A stretch of 64,000 bases of DNA from a virus (taxonomy: Duplodnaviria; Caudoviricetes), in the IMG/VR virus record IMGVR_UViG_3300047375_000738. One strand, written 5' to 3'. The notes under the pieces were generated by a model. The model was not told the DNA's origin. It saw nothing but the letters and a program-made list of their open reading frames with translations, and did not search any database. Position numbers and translations under genes: made by a program. Shown here in pieces: positions 10,243 through 18,919 of this stretch (position 1 is the first letter of the stretch; each line of letters starts with the position of its first letter).

Positions 10243-10668
10243 TTAGTATTCGTTCGGTAACGAATATACTGATTCGACAACTAAATTGTCGGGTAAATTT
10301 TCTTTTTTAATGATGCTTCCTCGGTCATATCCAATCACATTATCGTCAACAAAAAACAAGTAATGTGAAGTGGATCTATCTTTGTCTTGTGTAATATGTA
10401 TCTCTTTGACACTAGTAGAAAAACGTTCAGTTAACCCTAAAGTGTAACCAATTCCTAAAATATATCCAAACTCATCGTACTTGTTTTCTTCAAGTAGTTC
10501 CCAAGGAGTTGGCCAGTTCGAAGGAGTGTACGGATCAATACAAAAAGCAGATATTGGCGCAGTATTATATAACTCTACTGTGCTTTTAAAAGGCTGTTCA
10601 TCTGTTTCTAGATGTTGTCTAAAATCATACCAGGCACGAAGCCGGTCTTCAATATTTTTATCAAACAT
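10243..10668 (-). CDS. Hypothetical protein
   Basis: Start moved to MFDKNIEDR just after the upstream stop. Confidence 0.6.
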   Translation of the reverse strand: MFDKNIEDRLRAWYDFRQHLETDEQPFKSTVELYNTAPISAFCIDPYTPSNWPTPWELLEENKYDEFGYILGIGYTLGLTERFSTSVKEIHITQDKDRSTSHYLFFVDDNVIGYDRGSIIKKENLPDNLVVESVYSLPNEY

Positions 10669-10670
10669 AA

Positions 10671-12380
10671 CTACGCACGTACACGGTAAGAGTAAGTGAA
10701 TAGGTCTTCTGTTAATGGCGTTAGGTTTTTGCACTTGACAACAATGCTAGGCGATAACGAACCGTCGATGTCGTCTGTTGTTGCTGAAAACACAAAGTTC
10801 GCTAGATAAGTTGTGTCACCTGTAAAATCAGTTGTTTGATTCACTAGCAAGGTAGTGTTGTTGCTATCGTAATGAAATTCCATAGTTCCTGTCTGTCTTA
10901 AAAAAATGTTTGCATCTACGCCGTTTACTCGTTGTCCTTCGTAAAGATAGTCTAAGTAAACTACTCCTTCATTATACAACGGTAATTTAAGAATGTCAAC
11001 CGGATCTGTGCCACCATCTACCTGTGTATTTCCGATAGTGATTGAATGGCGTGTTTTGTTATCAAAATTTACTCTACCTGCAACATCAGCTATGTAGTTG
11101 GTTCCAATGTGCGGATCAATTATACTACTATCGCCTGCTGATCTATGTGGTGACAAACGTAGTGTTCTTTGGAAGTGATCGTTTTCAGTCTTGTTGTCCA
11201 TATCATTTGTAAAACTAATAACAGGTGTAACACATTGGCCTTCGTCGCCACCATCGTTGCCACAGTTTAAGAATGTATTGTTTTGACTGGTGTTGTAGTT
11301 TCCATTTTCAAATAGAAGTGTGTCTCTATAAACTAGATCAAATTTACTATCTTGAATAATATTATAACTAGGACCAGTCGCAAATCCATTTGCACTATTT
11401 AATGATCCTACGCCCATTACAAATGCTTGCCAACAAATACTTGCATTGATATTTGTCCATACATTTTTATCTGCATCGTGCGGTGCTTCAACAATGTGAT
11501 AGAAGTTATCGCAATCAATATTTGTAAACGTATTTTCAATGCACTGTGCATTACCAGTGCCGATCATATCAAACACTACGTGAAAACTTTCGTCAGCATC
11601 TCCAAAGTCGCCGCCAAATGTCCACACACCTTCAATTTTTAAATCACTAAAGTTACTACGTGCAACTTCACGCATTTGGAATACTGCACTAAATCTATTG
11701 TTGCGTAGTGTCATTCCGCTGATATTATTGTGTCTTACTTGTGTTGTATCAGAACTTGTTACTGGAACTGTTTGTGCTAACCCTGTATAAACACCAGGCT
11801 GGGCATTACCGTTTGCAAATGCAAACATTGGTTTTGTACTTGCGGTAGCTGTAGTATCTGATTCGGTGTAAAGTATAGTTTTACCAACTCCGTCACCAAC
11901 CAAACTTACAAGTGGCGGAATGTAAATTGTACTGCGTAGAATGTATTCGCCTGCTGGCACCTTAAGAGTTACTTTTTCTTTGCTTATTAGACTACGTAAA
12001 TAAAGTGCATCAATTGCTGCTTGGAACGCCGGCGCATCATCAGTACCAAGTCCATCTCCAACTGCACCAAAGTCAATTACTGTTGTTGTGGCATCAAGTT
12101 TAGCTTCAAGTGTTTGTGCTATCTTTGCAGTCGAACCCCAAAGGTTGCTAGTATTCTTATAGATATAAGAATTAGCTAGTGCAAAGATATCGCTGTGTTG
12201 TGTAAGAATTTCAGTATTACCAACTGCTGGGGCGCCTTCGCTAACTGCACCGTTACCGATATACATCTTTTGTGTATCAATTGCCCAACCAATTTCGCCG
12301 CCGGCTAACTGCGGAATACCAATTTCAGTTAGTTCTCTACCGCGTCTGTTCTGTATGCGAGAAATTTGAACAATGGCCAT
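10671..12380 (-). CDS. Tail/baseplate protein with pectate-lyase-like beta-helix
   Basis: N-terminal MAIVQISRIQNRRG...LAGGEIGWAIDTQKMYIGNG; DFGAVGDG-x-x-DDAPAFQAAID-x-VPAGEY; TAAATA late promoter and AGGAG RBS. Confidence 0.7.
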   Translation of the reverse strand: MAIVQISRIQNRRGRELTEIGIPQLAGGEIGWAIDTQKMYIGNGAVSEGAPAVGNTEILTQHSDIFALANSYIYKNTSNLWGSTAKIAQTLEAKLDATTTVIDFGAVGDGLGTDDAPAFQAAIDALYLRSLISKEKVTLKVPAGEYILRSTIYIPPLVSLVGDGVGKTILYTESDTTATASTKPMFAFANGNAQPGVYTGLAQTVPVTSSDTTQVRHNNISGMTLRNNRFSAVFQMREVARSNFSDLKIEGVWTFGGDFGDADESFHVVFDMIGTGNAQCIENTFTNIDCDNFYHIVEAPHDADKNVWTNINASICWQAFVMGVGSLNSANGFATGPSYNIIQDSKFDLVYRDTLLFENGNYNTSQNNTFLNCGNDGGDEGQCVTPVISFTNDMDNKTENDHFQRTLRLSPHRSAGDSSIIDPHIGTNYIADVAGRVNFDNKTRHSITIGNTQVDGGTDPVDILKLPLYNEGVVYLDYLYEGQRVNGVDANIFLRQTGTMEFHYDSNNTTLLVNQTTDFTGDTTYLANFVFSATTDDIDGSLSPSIVVKCKNLTPLTEDLFTYSYRVRA

Positions 12381-12396
12381 GTTATACTCCTAGTGA

Positions 12397-13104
12397 TCAT
12401 TTTAAGTATTTATCCAATCGTCCTGATTGCACCCAATCGCCGTAACCGTTTTCTTGCGCAAGTTTTGTAGTGTGATACGGAGTTACTTCGGTTTGCTCCC
12501 AAGTGTGTGGACTCAATGGATAATCATCTATAATATTTTTTGCATCCATTGGTAGTAAATCGTTTAATCTAGGTTTAATTTGTAAATCAGGTGCTGGAAT
12601 AAAAACAAAAGGTATTCCGCTTCTAACCAAGGTAGCCCATGTACTGTGTATAATCCAAGCGTCTTGATCTGCTTTAGATCTCCATTCGTAGTTCTTAACA
12701 AAGAATGTTTTTATATTTTTAACAACCTTTGGAACATCGTGTTGTAGCAGACTAGTCAAACTGTTCGAAATAATACTTGGATATTCTTTAAAACGTGAAT
12801 CTAAACTACTAACATCTTCTAGTCCTTGATAATTAAAATCAAACAAGTTAGGAGGATGTCCTTGGGCTCTTTCAGCTTTGATTTCTATTCTATCAGCTTG
12901 AGTTGAACCCCAAAAGATAAAGTCAACTCCATCTTCAATAAGCTGATTGACTTGATATCTTATGAGTGTGTTACTACAATCGCCTCGAGCAAATGTTTTA
13001 TAGTTAGTAGCATAATGTATAGCGATATGCTGTGTAAAGTGTTGACCCGGATAGTCTTGTCTTGCAGACATAAAACTATCTCCTGCTACTCCAATTGTCT
13101 TCAT
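12397..13104 (-). CDS. SGNH/GDSL-like hydrolase or acyltransferase
   Basis: VAGDSF block I and C-terminal His. Confidence 0.45.
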   Translation of the reverse strand: MKTIGVAGDSFMSARQDYPGQHFTQHIAIHYATNYKTFARGDCSNTLIRYQVNQLIEDGVDFIFWGSTQADRIEIKAERAQGHPPNLFDFNYQGLEDVSSLDSRFKEYPSIISNSLTSLLQHDVPKVVKNIKTFFVKNYEWRSKADQDAWIIHSTWATLVRSGIPFVFIPAPDLQIKPRLNDLLPMDAKNIIDDYPLSPHTWEQTEVTPYHTTKLAQENGYGDWVQSGRLDKYLK

Positions 13105-13784
13105 CCATGTTTCTCATAATACTGGCGGCAGCGATTCCACCACTCTTGTTCCCATTCTGCAAACTCATCTGGCCACAAGTCAAACTGCTGATACTCCAAG
13201 CCGCGACTGCACATAAAGATGTGTCCTTCACGTATGTCTGTACCATGCACTTCGTTATGTCCTAGTGCATATGCTGTAAGCTGTAGATAGTAGTCTTCTA
13301 CCCACTCAGGCTTCTTAGGCTTGTTGGTTTGCTTGAAATCCATAATACAAGGATTGCCTTTGTATTGTCCTACAAGATCAGTAGTACCAGCATAGATACC
13401 AGGAACATAAAGAGGAACTTCGCTGCCCCATATTTCATCTACATCAAGCATTGCTTCATCACGTATAACACATGCCATTTGATATGCTTGCTGTGCGTAT
13501 GGATTGCTGCCTGCGCTTTCTGTCCATACACCATTATCAACATAGTCTTCAAGATACTTGTGCATACGTGTACCAACACCACTTGCTTCAGTAACGATTT
13601 CCTGTGCTTTCTTTTCGCCTACACGTTTCTTCCAGGCAATAAGATGGCTCATGTCTTTGGTGCCGCTAAGGATTGTTGTTACACTTGCTACAGGAGGTCC
13701 GCCGGGTGCAGCATATCTGCGCTTGCCGCCAACTTCTACACGCTTTAGTTTTTCATACGTGTACTTAGGTTTTATTAATGTCAT
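13101..13784 (-). CDS. PD-(D/E)XK exonuclease (RecB/Cas4-like phage family)
   Basis: SVTTILS, GTRMH, YAGTTDLV, IMDFKQT, YYLQLTAYA. Confidence 0.8.
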   Translation of the reverse strand: MTLIKPKYTYEKLKRVEVGGKRRYAAPGGPPVASVTTILSGTKDMSHLIAWKKRVGEKKAQEIVTEASGVGTRMHKYLEDYVDNGVWTESAGSNPYAQQAYQMACVIRDEAMLDVDEIWGSEVPLYVPGIYAGTTDLVGQYKGNPCIMDFKQTNKPKKPEWVEDYYLQLTAYALGHNEVHGTDIREGHIFMCSRGLEYQQFDLWPDEFAEWEQEWWNRCRQYYEKHG

Positions 13785-13790
13785 ACTTAG

Positions 13791-13819
13791 ATTATAATTG
13801 GATCTGGTCCAATTGTCAA
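13791..13819 (-). promoter_or_regulatory. sigma70-like promoter with palindromic spacer, 6 nt before ATG
   Basis: TTGACA-N17-TATAAT; AATTGGA/TCCAATT inverted repeat. Confidence 0.7.
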
Positions 13820-13820
13820 C

Positions 13821-14138
13821 CTATAATTTTTTACCAACATTAGTAGCTTTCTTAGCCATTTTGCCTACTTTATCTTTGTCACGCTTTTTATCTTTAGGAT
13901 CTAAGTCATCAACTTCGCTTGTTTTTAATTCAAGTGTGTCTTGGGTAAAGTCTTTGATAATTTCGTTAACTCTAGCATCTGTATCATATGCTGCTTTTAG
14001 CATATCGTAACTAAACTGTGGAGCACCCATGTTTAACATGTACTCGTTAATTTCGTCCATTGTAATAGAGGTTTGGCCCTTGTCTTTCAACAGGGCCAAT
14101 ACTTGATAGAGCTTGTCAGTTCTGATAGCTTCAGTTAC
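13821..14138 (-). CDS. ORF in the -1 frame of the upstream gene; probable frameshift extension (VTEAIRTDKLYQVLALLKDKG...)
   Basis: No ATG/GTG or RBS before TTG 14099; frame stays open across the A9G run ending the upstream ORF. Confidence 0.55.
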   Translation of the reverse strand, partial: VTEAIRTDKLYQVLALLKDKGQTSITMDEINEYMLNMGAPQFSYDMLKAAYDTDARVNEIIKDFTQDTLELKTSEVDDLDPKDKKRDKDKVGKMAKKATNVGKKL

Positions 14139-14899
14139 TTTTTTTTTGAAAGTGTTTTTGCTAGTTTGCGTGGATCAACGCTTTCACGTTGTTCTCTTTC
14201 ATCTGGCATATCTTCGCCGCCTGCTGCTGGATCGGATGCTGCCATATCGTCCATGTCATCCATGTCCATATCGCCTGTGTCGCCCATGTCGTCAGTTGGT
14301 TCCATATCCATGTCCATGTCGTCCATGTCTGGATCAGCACCCATCATGTCATCTCCGCCTTCGCCTGTGATTTGGCCTACGCCTGATGTTAGTGCAACAC
14401 GAGTTGATTCCATTGCACCGTATAAACTGTCTAGTGCTGGCTTGATAGTGTTTGTAAATGTTTCGCTTGCTTCAGCACCCATTTCATCACGGATAGCATC
14501 TGCTAGTTCTAGCATGGACTCTGTTTGCATTTCCGCTGTGTCTTCCATCCAACCAGTTAAACGGTCAACCATTTCTTTAGCTGCCATTACTAGCTCTGCT
14601 TGATCTTCTGCACCTTCGTTGACTTGTGAGTCTTCTGGGATTTCAATATCGCCACGCTCACTAATCTCTGCATTCAATACATCTAACATTAGCTTTGATT
14701 TTTGATATGTTTCGTTGTGTACGTTATCAAAACTTTCGTTTGTTTCTACATTGAATACTTGTGTACGTAATTTATTACGAGCGTTTTGTAGTTGCTCTAG
14801 AGTAAACTTCTCTAGGTTAAGTTTAGCGCCGAAGCGTTTTGCTAGACTTTCATTAAGTGTCTTAGCTGTTACTGGTTTTGCAAATTCTGAAATAATCAT
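14135..14899 (-). CDS. Acidic prohead core/scaffold-like protein
   Basis: Coiled-coil N-terminus, D/M-rich low-complexity tail, LNE/TNE/VNE sites, TAAATA late promoter. Confidence 0.45.
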   Translation of the reverse strand: MIISEFAKPVTAKTLNESLAKRFGAKLNLEKFTLEQLQNARNKLRTQVFNVETNESFDNVHNETYQKSKLMLDVLNAEISERGDIEIPEDSQVNEGAEDQAELVMAAKEMVDRLTGWMEDTAEMQTESMLELADAIRDEMGAEASETFTNTIKPALDSLYGAMESTRVALTSGVGQITGEGGDDMMGADPDMDDMDMDMEPTDDMGDTGDMDMDDMDDMAASDPAAGGEDMPDEREQRESVDPRKLAKTLSKKK

Positions 14900-14935
14900 G
14901 GGTCCATCCTGATGTTTTATTAAAAGTATTTATCA

Positions 14936-15358
14936 CTAGTGTTTTAAAATGTATGATTCTAGATCTGTATTAATGCTTTCTAACTCTGATTTTGCTACTT
15001 CTAGCCTAATTTCTAGCATTAATTTTTTATTTTCGTCATTGGTTCTATCGATAATGTATGAATAGTGCATTGCATCGTTTAAATGTTTTGATGCATTGTG
15101 ATCCTTTTGTTGTAGTTGATCAATTCTATGTCCACCAAGACTAGCTTTAGCAATTGCTACTGCACCATGCTTGGTATCTGCTGTCGATACTGTAGCATTA
15201 TCCTCAGTGTCTACAATTATGTACCCATGCCTTGTACTACGACGAACAAGCATTTTACCAATACGTATTGTCTTGCCTTCTTTGTAAGGCAAAGTATATT
15301 GCGGAATAATTTTATCGACTAAACTTTGTAATGTATCTGCTGTGCTACGAGTGCTCAT
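14936..15358 (-). CDS. Hypothetical protein
   Basis: Start moved to MSTRSTAD; overlaps upstream stop region. Confidence 0.6.
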   Translation of the reverse strand: MSTRSTADTLQSLVDKIIPQYTLPYKEGKTIRIGKMLVRRSTRHGYIIVDTEDNATVSTADTKHGAVAIAKASLGGHRIDQLQQKDHNASKHLNDAMHYSYIIDRTNDENKKLMLEIRLEVAKSELESINTDLESYILKH

Positions 15359-15551
15359 GTCCAACAACCAATAAGGCTCCCTTGTAATTGACTTTAGAAA
15401 CTAGGCTTTTGCGAACCAGGTTGTCTAAGACAATCTGTTCACGTTCAGTAAAAAACTCAATATAACACGGTTTTTCTAACTTGTCAAGTAAAGACTTTTC
15501 TTCGTTAGTTGTGTATATTTCAAATCCTTTTACTAGTTCATTCAATTTCAT
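15345..15551 (-). CDS. Hypothetical protein (MKLNEL leader)
   Basis: 68 aa in coupled late operon. Confidence 0.6.
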   Translation of the reverse strand: MKLNELVKGFEIYTTNEEKSLLDKLEKPCYIEFFTEREQIVLDNLVRKSLVSKVNYKGALLVVGHEHS

Positions 15552-16111
15552 TGTTCAGCGGCCCTCTGTAAATCTGCACTTTTGTAAGTCATTTTCTTTG
15601 GTTCGCCTGGCTTGGCTTGCGGATCTTCAATTTCAACTTCGTCGCCTTGTGTGCGTGTTACTTTGAAGTTCTTCTTGCCGCCTGGAGTATTGGTTGGTAG
15701 TTTTATTGCTTTGCCTACCTTTAAAGCTGGATCGCCACCCATTGTTTTGGCGCCTTGTGCGGCACTTGCTGCACCTGGGTTGGTTGGTGCTTTGCCTGAT
15801 GTTGGAGCAGGCTTTGCTGTTGCTGGTTGAGTACCAACTTTAGCATTTGGATCGTTTGTAGGTGCTTCGTCGTCATCACCGGCTACTGCATTATATGCCC
15901 CTTTTGCCACATTGCCGACACCTTTAGCAACACCCTTTGCTGCTTTGTATGCACCCTTGGCTGCAAGTTTTCCAACACCTAGTGCTGCCTTGCCTGCAAG
16001 TTTTCCAACGCCGCCAACTGCGGCTCGAGCTACACCACCTGCAATTGCAGGAATAAGAGGAAGTATTTCATCCAACTGCTCTTCTTCTTTTATGAACTCG
16101 TGTGCTCTCAT
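15548..16111 (-). CDS. Putative internal head/ejection protein with Gly/Ala amphipathic segment
   Basis: MRAHEFIKEEEQLDE leader then ILPLIPAIAGGVARAAVGGVGKLAGK...; Pro/Ala linker. Confidence 0.5.
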   Translation of the reverse strand: MRAHEFIKEEEQLDEILPLIPAIAGGVARAAVGGVGKLAGKAALGVGKLAAKGAYKAAKGVAKGVGNVAKGAYNAVAGDDDEAPTNDPNAKVGTQPATAKPAPTSGKAPTNPGAASAAQGAKTMGGDPALKVGKAIKLPTNTPGGKKNFKVTRTQGDEVEIEDPQAKPGEPKKMTYKSADLQRAAEQ

Positions 16112-16413
16112 CTTTTACTCTTACGCCTTCTTTTTGGTTTGATACTAGTTTTGTTTAGATTGTAAACACGTTTGGTTGTTGGTCTTCTTACAGTTCTACT
16201 TCTATTGATTGCTTGTACACTGCTTTTACTTCTGCGTGTTCTTTTTAGACTAGTACTTTTCTTTTGCGAGGTTGGTGTTGAGCATGTTGCAGGTTTAGCT
16301 ACCACGCGACCTTTTTTAGGTCCGCTGGTACAACGATACTTGCGCTTAACGCCGCCTTTGCTATCTCTTGCCCATACTTGGGTGTAGCTTTCTATGATTT
16401 CTGCATATCTCAT
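16108..16413 (-). CDS. Basic putative internal head DNA-binding protein (paralog 1)
   Basis: QVWAR...RKYRCTSGPKKGRVVAK; K/R-rich. Confidence 0.5.
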   Translation of the reverse strand: MRYAEIIESYTQVWARDSKGGVKRKYRCTSGPKKGRVVAKPATCSTPTSQKKSTSLKRTRRSKSSVQAINRSRTVRRPTTKRVYNLNKTSIKPKRRRKSKR

Positions 16414-16703
16414 CGTTTGTTCAAAGTCTTTAGACGCTTGCTTGCTGGATTAACTCTTTTTGTTTTCTTTGCTTTACGAGCCATCTTAGAGCCCAGTCTG
16501 CGTTTAGTTTGTTTAAATCTAACACTAGCTTTAATATTCAAAGGTGCATAGCACTGCGACATTTTTGCAACTACACGGCCCTTGCGTCTTCCGGCAGTAC
16601 AACGATACTTTCGTACAGTTTTCTTTCCAGAACGAGCCCAGACTTGTTTTTCGTCTAGTTCTTCTGATTCAGATGGTGTTAGGGTAAACTCTCTAATAAA
16701 CAT
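16410..16703 (-). CDS. Basic putative internal head DNA-binding protein (paralog 2)
   Basis: QVWAR...RKYRCTAGRRKGRVVAK; TAAATA 4 nt before ATG. Confidence 0.5.
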   Translation of the reverse strand: MFIREFTLTPSESEELDEKQVWARSGKKTVRKYRCTAGRRKGRVVAKMSQCYAPLNIKASVRFKQTKRRLGSKMARKAKKTKRVNPASKRLKTLNKR

Positions 16704-16722
16704 AAAGTATTTATCAGAGATA

Positions 16723-16962
16723 TTAAAGTTGCATTAAGATTACAACAATAGTTGATAATAGTCCAGCTGTTATAGTTCCAGCAGCACCAATAATAACTTT
16801 GGTAAGTCCGGCTTGTCCGGCTGCCATTTGATCAGCAATGCCGTCAAGTTTTTCTTCAACTTTGGTTAGACGTACATCTAACTGCTCATAGCGTAGCGCA
16901 CACAGATCTACGTGTGCTTCAAGTGATTCTTTTTCTAACTGGGTTGATCCGATGGTTGACAT
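16723..16962 (-). CDS. Coiled-coil protein with C-terminal transmembrane helix (XhlA/holin-like)
   Basis: RLTKVEEKLD heptads; IIGAAGTITAGLLSTIVVILMQL. Confidence 0.5.
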   Translation of the reverse strand: MSTIGSTQLEKESLEAHVDLCALRYEQLDVRLTKVEEKLDGIADQMAAGQAGLTKVIIGAAGTITAGLLSTIVVILMQL

Positions 16963-17044
16963 TTAAACTCCATAATAATTAACGTCGATAGCCTTGTTTA
17001 CGTATTTTAAATGCCTGACAGAATATGTTCTGTAATACTATTTA

Positions 17045-17419
17045 TCATTGCACCAAAGAAAAAACTGTGTTGATCTTGTGATCTTTGGTATAAAATGCAT
17101 TTGTTTTAATAGTTTCATCTAGCTCAGGTATAATTGGAATCATATGCATATCTTCTATTAGTTGTTCAATACTATGAGCATCAGTTAAATCAAACTCAAA
17201 GCATAACTTCCAAAGTTTATGATTACCTTTGTATCCAAAAGACATTGCAGATATATCCTGCATACTACTAGATGAATTAATTATAATTGGGTTAGCTCTA
17301 ATTCCAATTGTCTGTATTACAGATTGATAATTTTGCTGTTGATGTATTCTAAATTTATCATCGCCTCGTCTAGCATGAGTTTCAGTAATATCAATCAATG
17401 TAAACATATTAAATCGCAT
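17045..17419 (-). CDS. Hypothetical protein
   Basis: 124 aa; TAAATA 4 nt before ATG. Confidence 0.6.
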   Translation of the reverse strand: MRFNMFTLIDITETHARRGDDKFRIHQQQNYQSVIQTIGIRANPIIINSSSSMQDISAMSFGYKGNHKLWKLCFEFDLTDAHSIEQLIEDMHMIPIIPELDETIKTNAFYTKDHKINTVFSLVQ

Positions 17420-17436
17420 ACGGTATTTACAGTCAT

Positions 17437-17467
17437 AAAAAAAGGGCCCAGTAAAAACTGAACCCTT
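17437..17467 (-). terminator. Intrinsic terminator
   Basis: AAGGGTTCAGT-TTTT-ACTGGGCCCTT stem followed by a T run. Confidence 0.75.
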
Positions 17468-17504
17468 GTGTGACGCCTGCCACGTTCCTAAGGTAAGGAA
17501 TTAT

Positions 17505-17756
17505 TTAAGCTGCAAATGTTGCTACTAGTGAAATACCAGATACTGCTTCTGCGCCGCCTGGTCCACCTTGTACTGCAACGTGGTTGCCGTTTGCTACACC
17601 TTCAACTGCTGCGATTGTTCCGCCGTATGTTGTTGTGATTGAATCACATGCTGCTGCTACTGTGATTGTTCCAGTTGCTACTGCATAGATGTATGTTGTT
17701 GGTCCTAGACCACTCTTTGCAACTACTGCTGCGTTTGGGTTTGATACTGTTGCCAT
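17505..17756 (-). CDS. Small Ala/Thr/Gly-rich protein, possibly abundant virion decoration
   Basis: Own TAAATA promoter, AGGAG RBS and terminator. Confidence 0.45.
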   Translation of the reverse strand: MATVSNPNAAVVAKSGLGPTTYIYAVATGTITVAAACDSITTTYGGTIAAVEGVANGNHVAVQGGPGGAEAVSGISLVATFAA

Positions 17757-17859
17757 TTTTTTCTCCTAAATCTTAATGACCTGCACACTCTGTGCAGTTT
17801 TATATATTGTATTTAGTCTTTGAGACAAAAATAGGGGTAAAACGGTTCAAAAACGGGTG

Positions 17860-18609
17860 TTAATGTTTTATTAATGATTTTATACGGTTTAAATGCTTAT
17901 CGCCTAGCGATTCTGTAGGTTCAACCTTTTTTGCTTTCCATGCTGACTTTGGATTGTCGTCTGCTTCAAACTTGTCTACTATTGCTTGTGCATTTGGATT
18001 AGCTTTAACAATTGATTCTACACTACCTAAGTCAGCTGCTTTAGCATTGTCACCTAATAGCATTTTTGCAATTTCATCTGTATTGTTTGAAACTAATTCA
18101 TTTGTTTCTCTGTTTACCAAACCAATGTACGGGCTCCACTTCATGCCTTTTTCTTTTGCAAGTGCAGCAACCATCATCTGTTTGTGTACACCCTTGTAAG
18201 GTGAGCCGCCTGGAATATCGTGTACATGAAACTTCTGTGCTTTATCACCACCTGGAACAACCATAATGTCTACTTGTTGGCCTGCTCCGCCAATGTTAGT
18301 TTTTACATGTACGATTTGTCCTGTTTTACGTGTTTCAAATCCTGCTGCTTGAAATACCTTTTCTAATTCAATTCTAGCATTTTTAGCATCAGCAACACCA
18401 AAGTATTTTGCCATTGCACCTGCATCAGCAATCATATCCAAGTCGCCTGACATCTTACCTGCTTGAGGTGTAGCGCCCGACCCAATAGGCAAAGCCTTTA
18501 CGCCTGTCTTGCCCATTACACTGTCAATTTGTTTTTGAATAGCAGGAATTATCTTTTGGTCAAAGTTTGACGTGCCTTGGAATATGTTTCCGCCTTCATT
18601 AAGAATCAT
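17860..18609 (-). CDS. Pol-beta-superfamily nucleotidyltransferase-like protein
   Basis: LPIGS-x9-SGDLD plus a later QVDIM aspartate; MILNEGG leader. Confidence 0.55.
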   Translation of the reverse strand: MILNEGGNIFQGTSNFDQKIIPAIQKQIDSVMGKTGVKALPIGSGATPQAGKMSGDLDMIADAGAMAKYFGVADAKNARIELEKVFQAAGFETRKTGQIVHVKTNIGGAGQQVDIMVVPGGDKAQKFHVHDIPGGSPYKGVHKQMMVAALAKEKGMKWSPYIGLVNRETNELVSNNTDEIAKMLLGDNAKAADLGSVESIVKANPNAQAIVDKFEADDNPKSAWKAKKVEPTESLGDKHLNRIKSLIKH

Positions 18610-18857
18610 TTCTTGCTCTCTTTAACTTTATCGATACCTACTTTAAATTTACGTGGATTGTTACCACGGATACTATTTAGGAAGCGTCTCTCAAGATCGT
18701 TTGCTGTTTCTGCATCATATGTTTCGTGTAATCTTTTAATAAGGTTACATGCGCTCTCTATTAGATTTGTGCCAGTTGTTTGTAAAAAGTCGTCATTCTG
18801 ATTCTTACTGCCAATGTGACTCAGTTCTTCAAGTATACCTCTAGTTCGTTTTCTCAT
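18606..18857 (-). CDS. Hypothetical protein
   Basis: 83 aa; TAAATA and AGGA upstream; ATGA overlap. Confidence 0.6.
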   Translation of the reverse strand: MRKRTRGILEELSHIGSKNQNDDFLQTTGTNLIESACNLIKRLHETYDAETANDLERRFLNSIRGNNPRKFKVGIDKVKESKK

Positions 18858-18919
18858 TGTTCTGTTTCCTTATTTGTATTTAGTTATACCGATTAATAAA
18901 TATTGTTATAAGTGAGGGC

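Noticed and set aside
10671-12380. Diversity-generating retroelement target (tropism-determinant-like N-terminus)
   Set aside because: No reverse transcriptase and no TR/VR repeat pair seen in the window.
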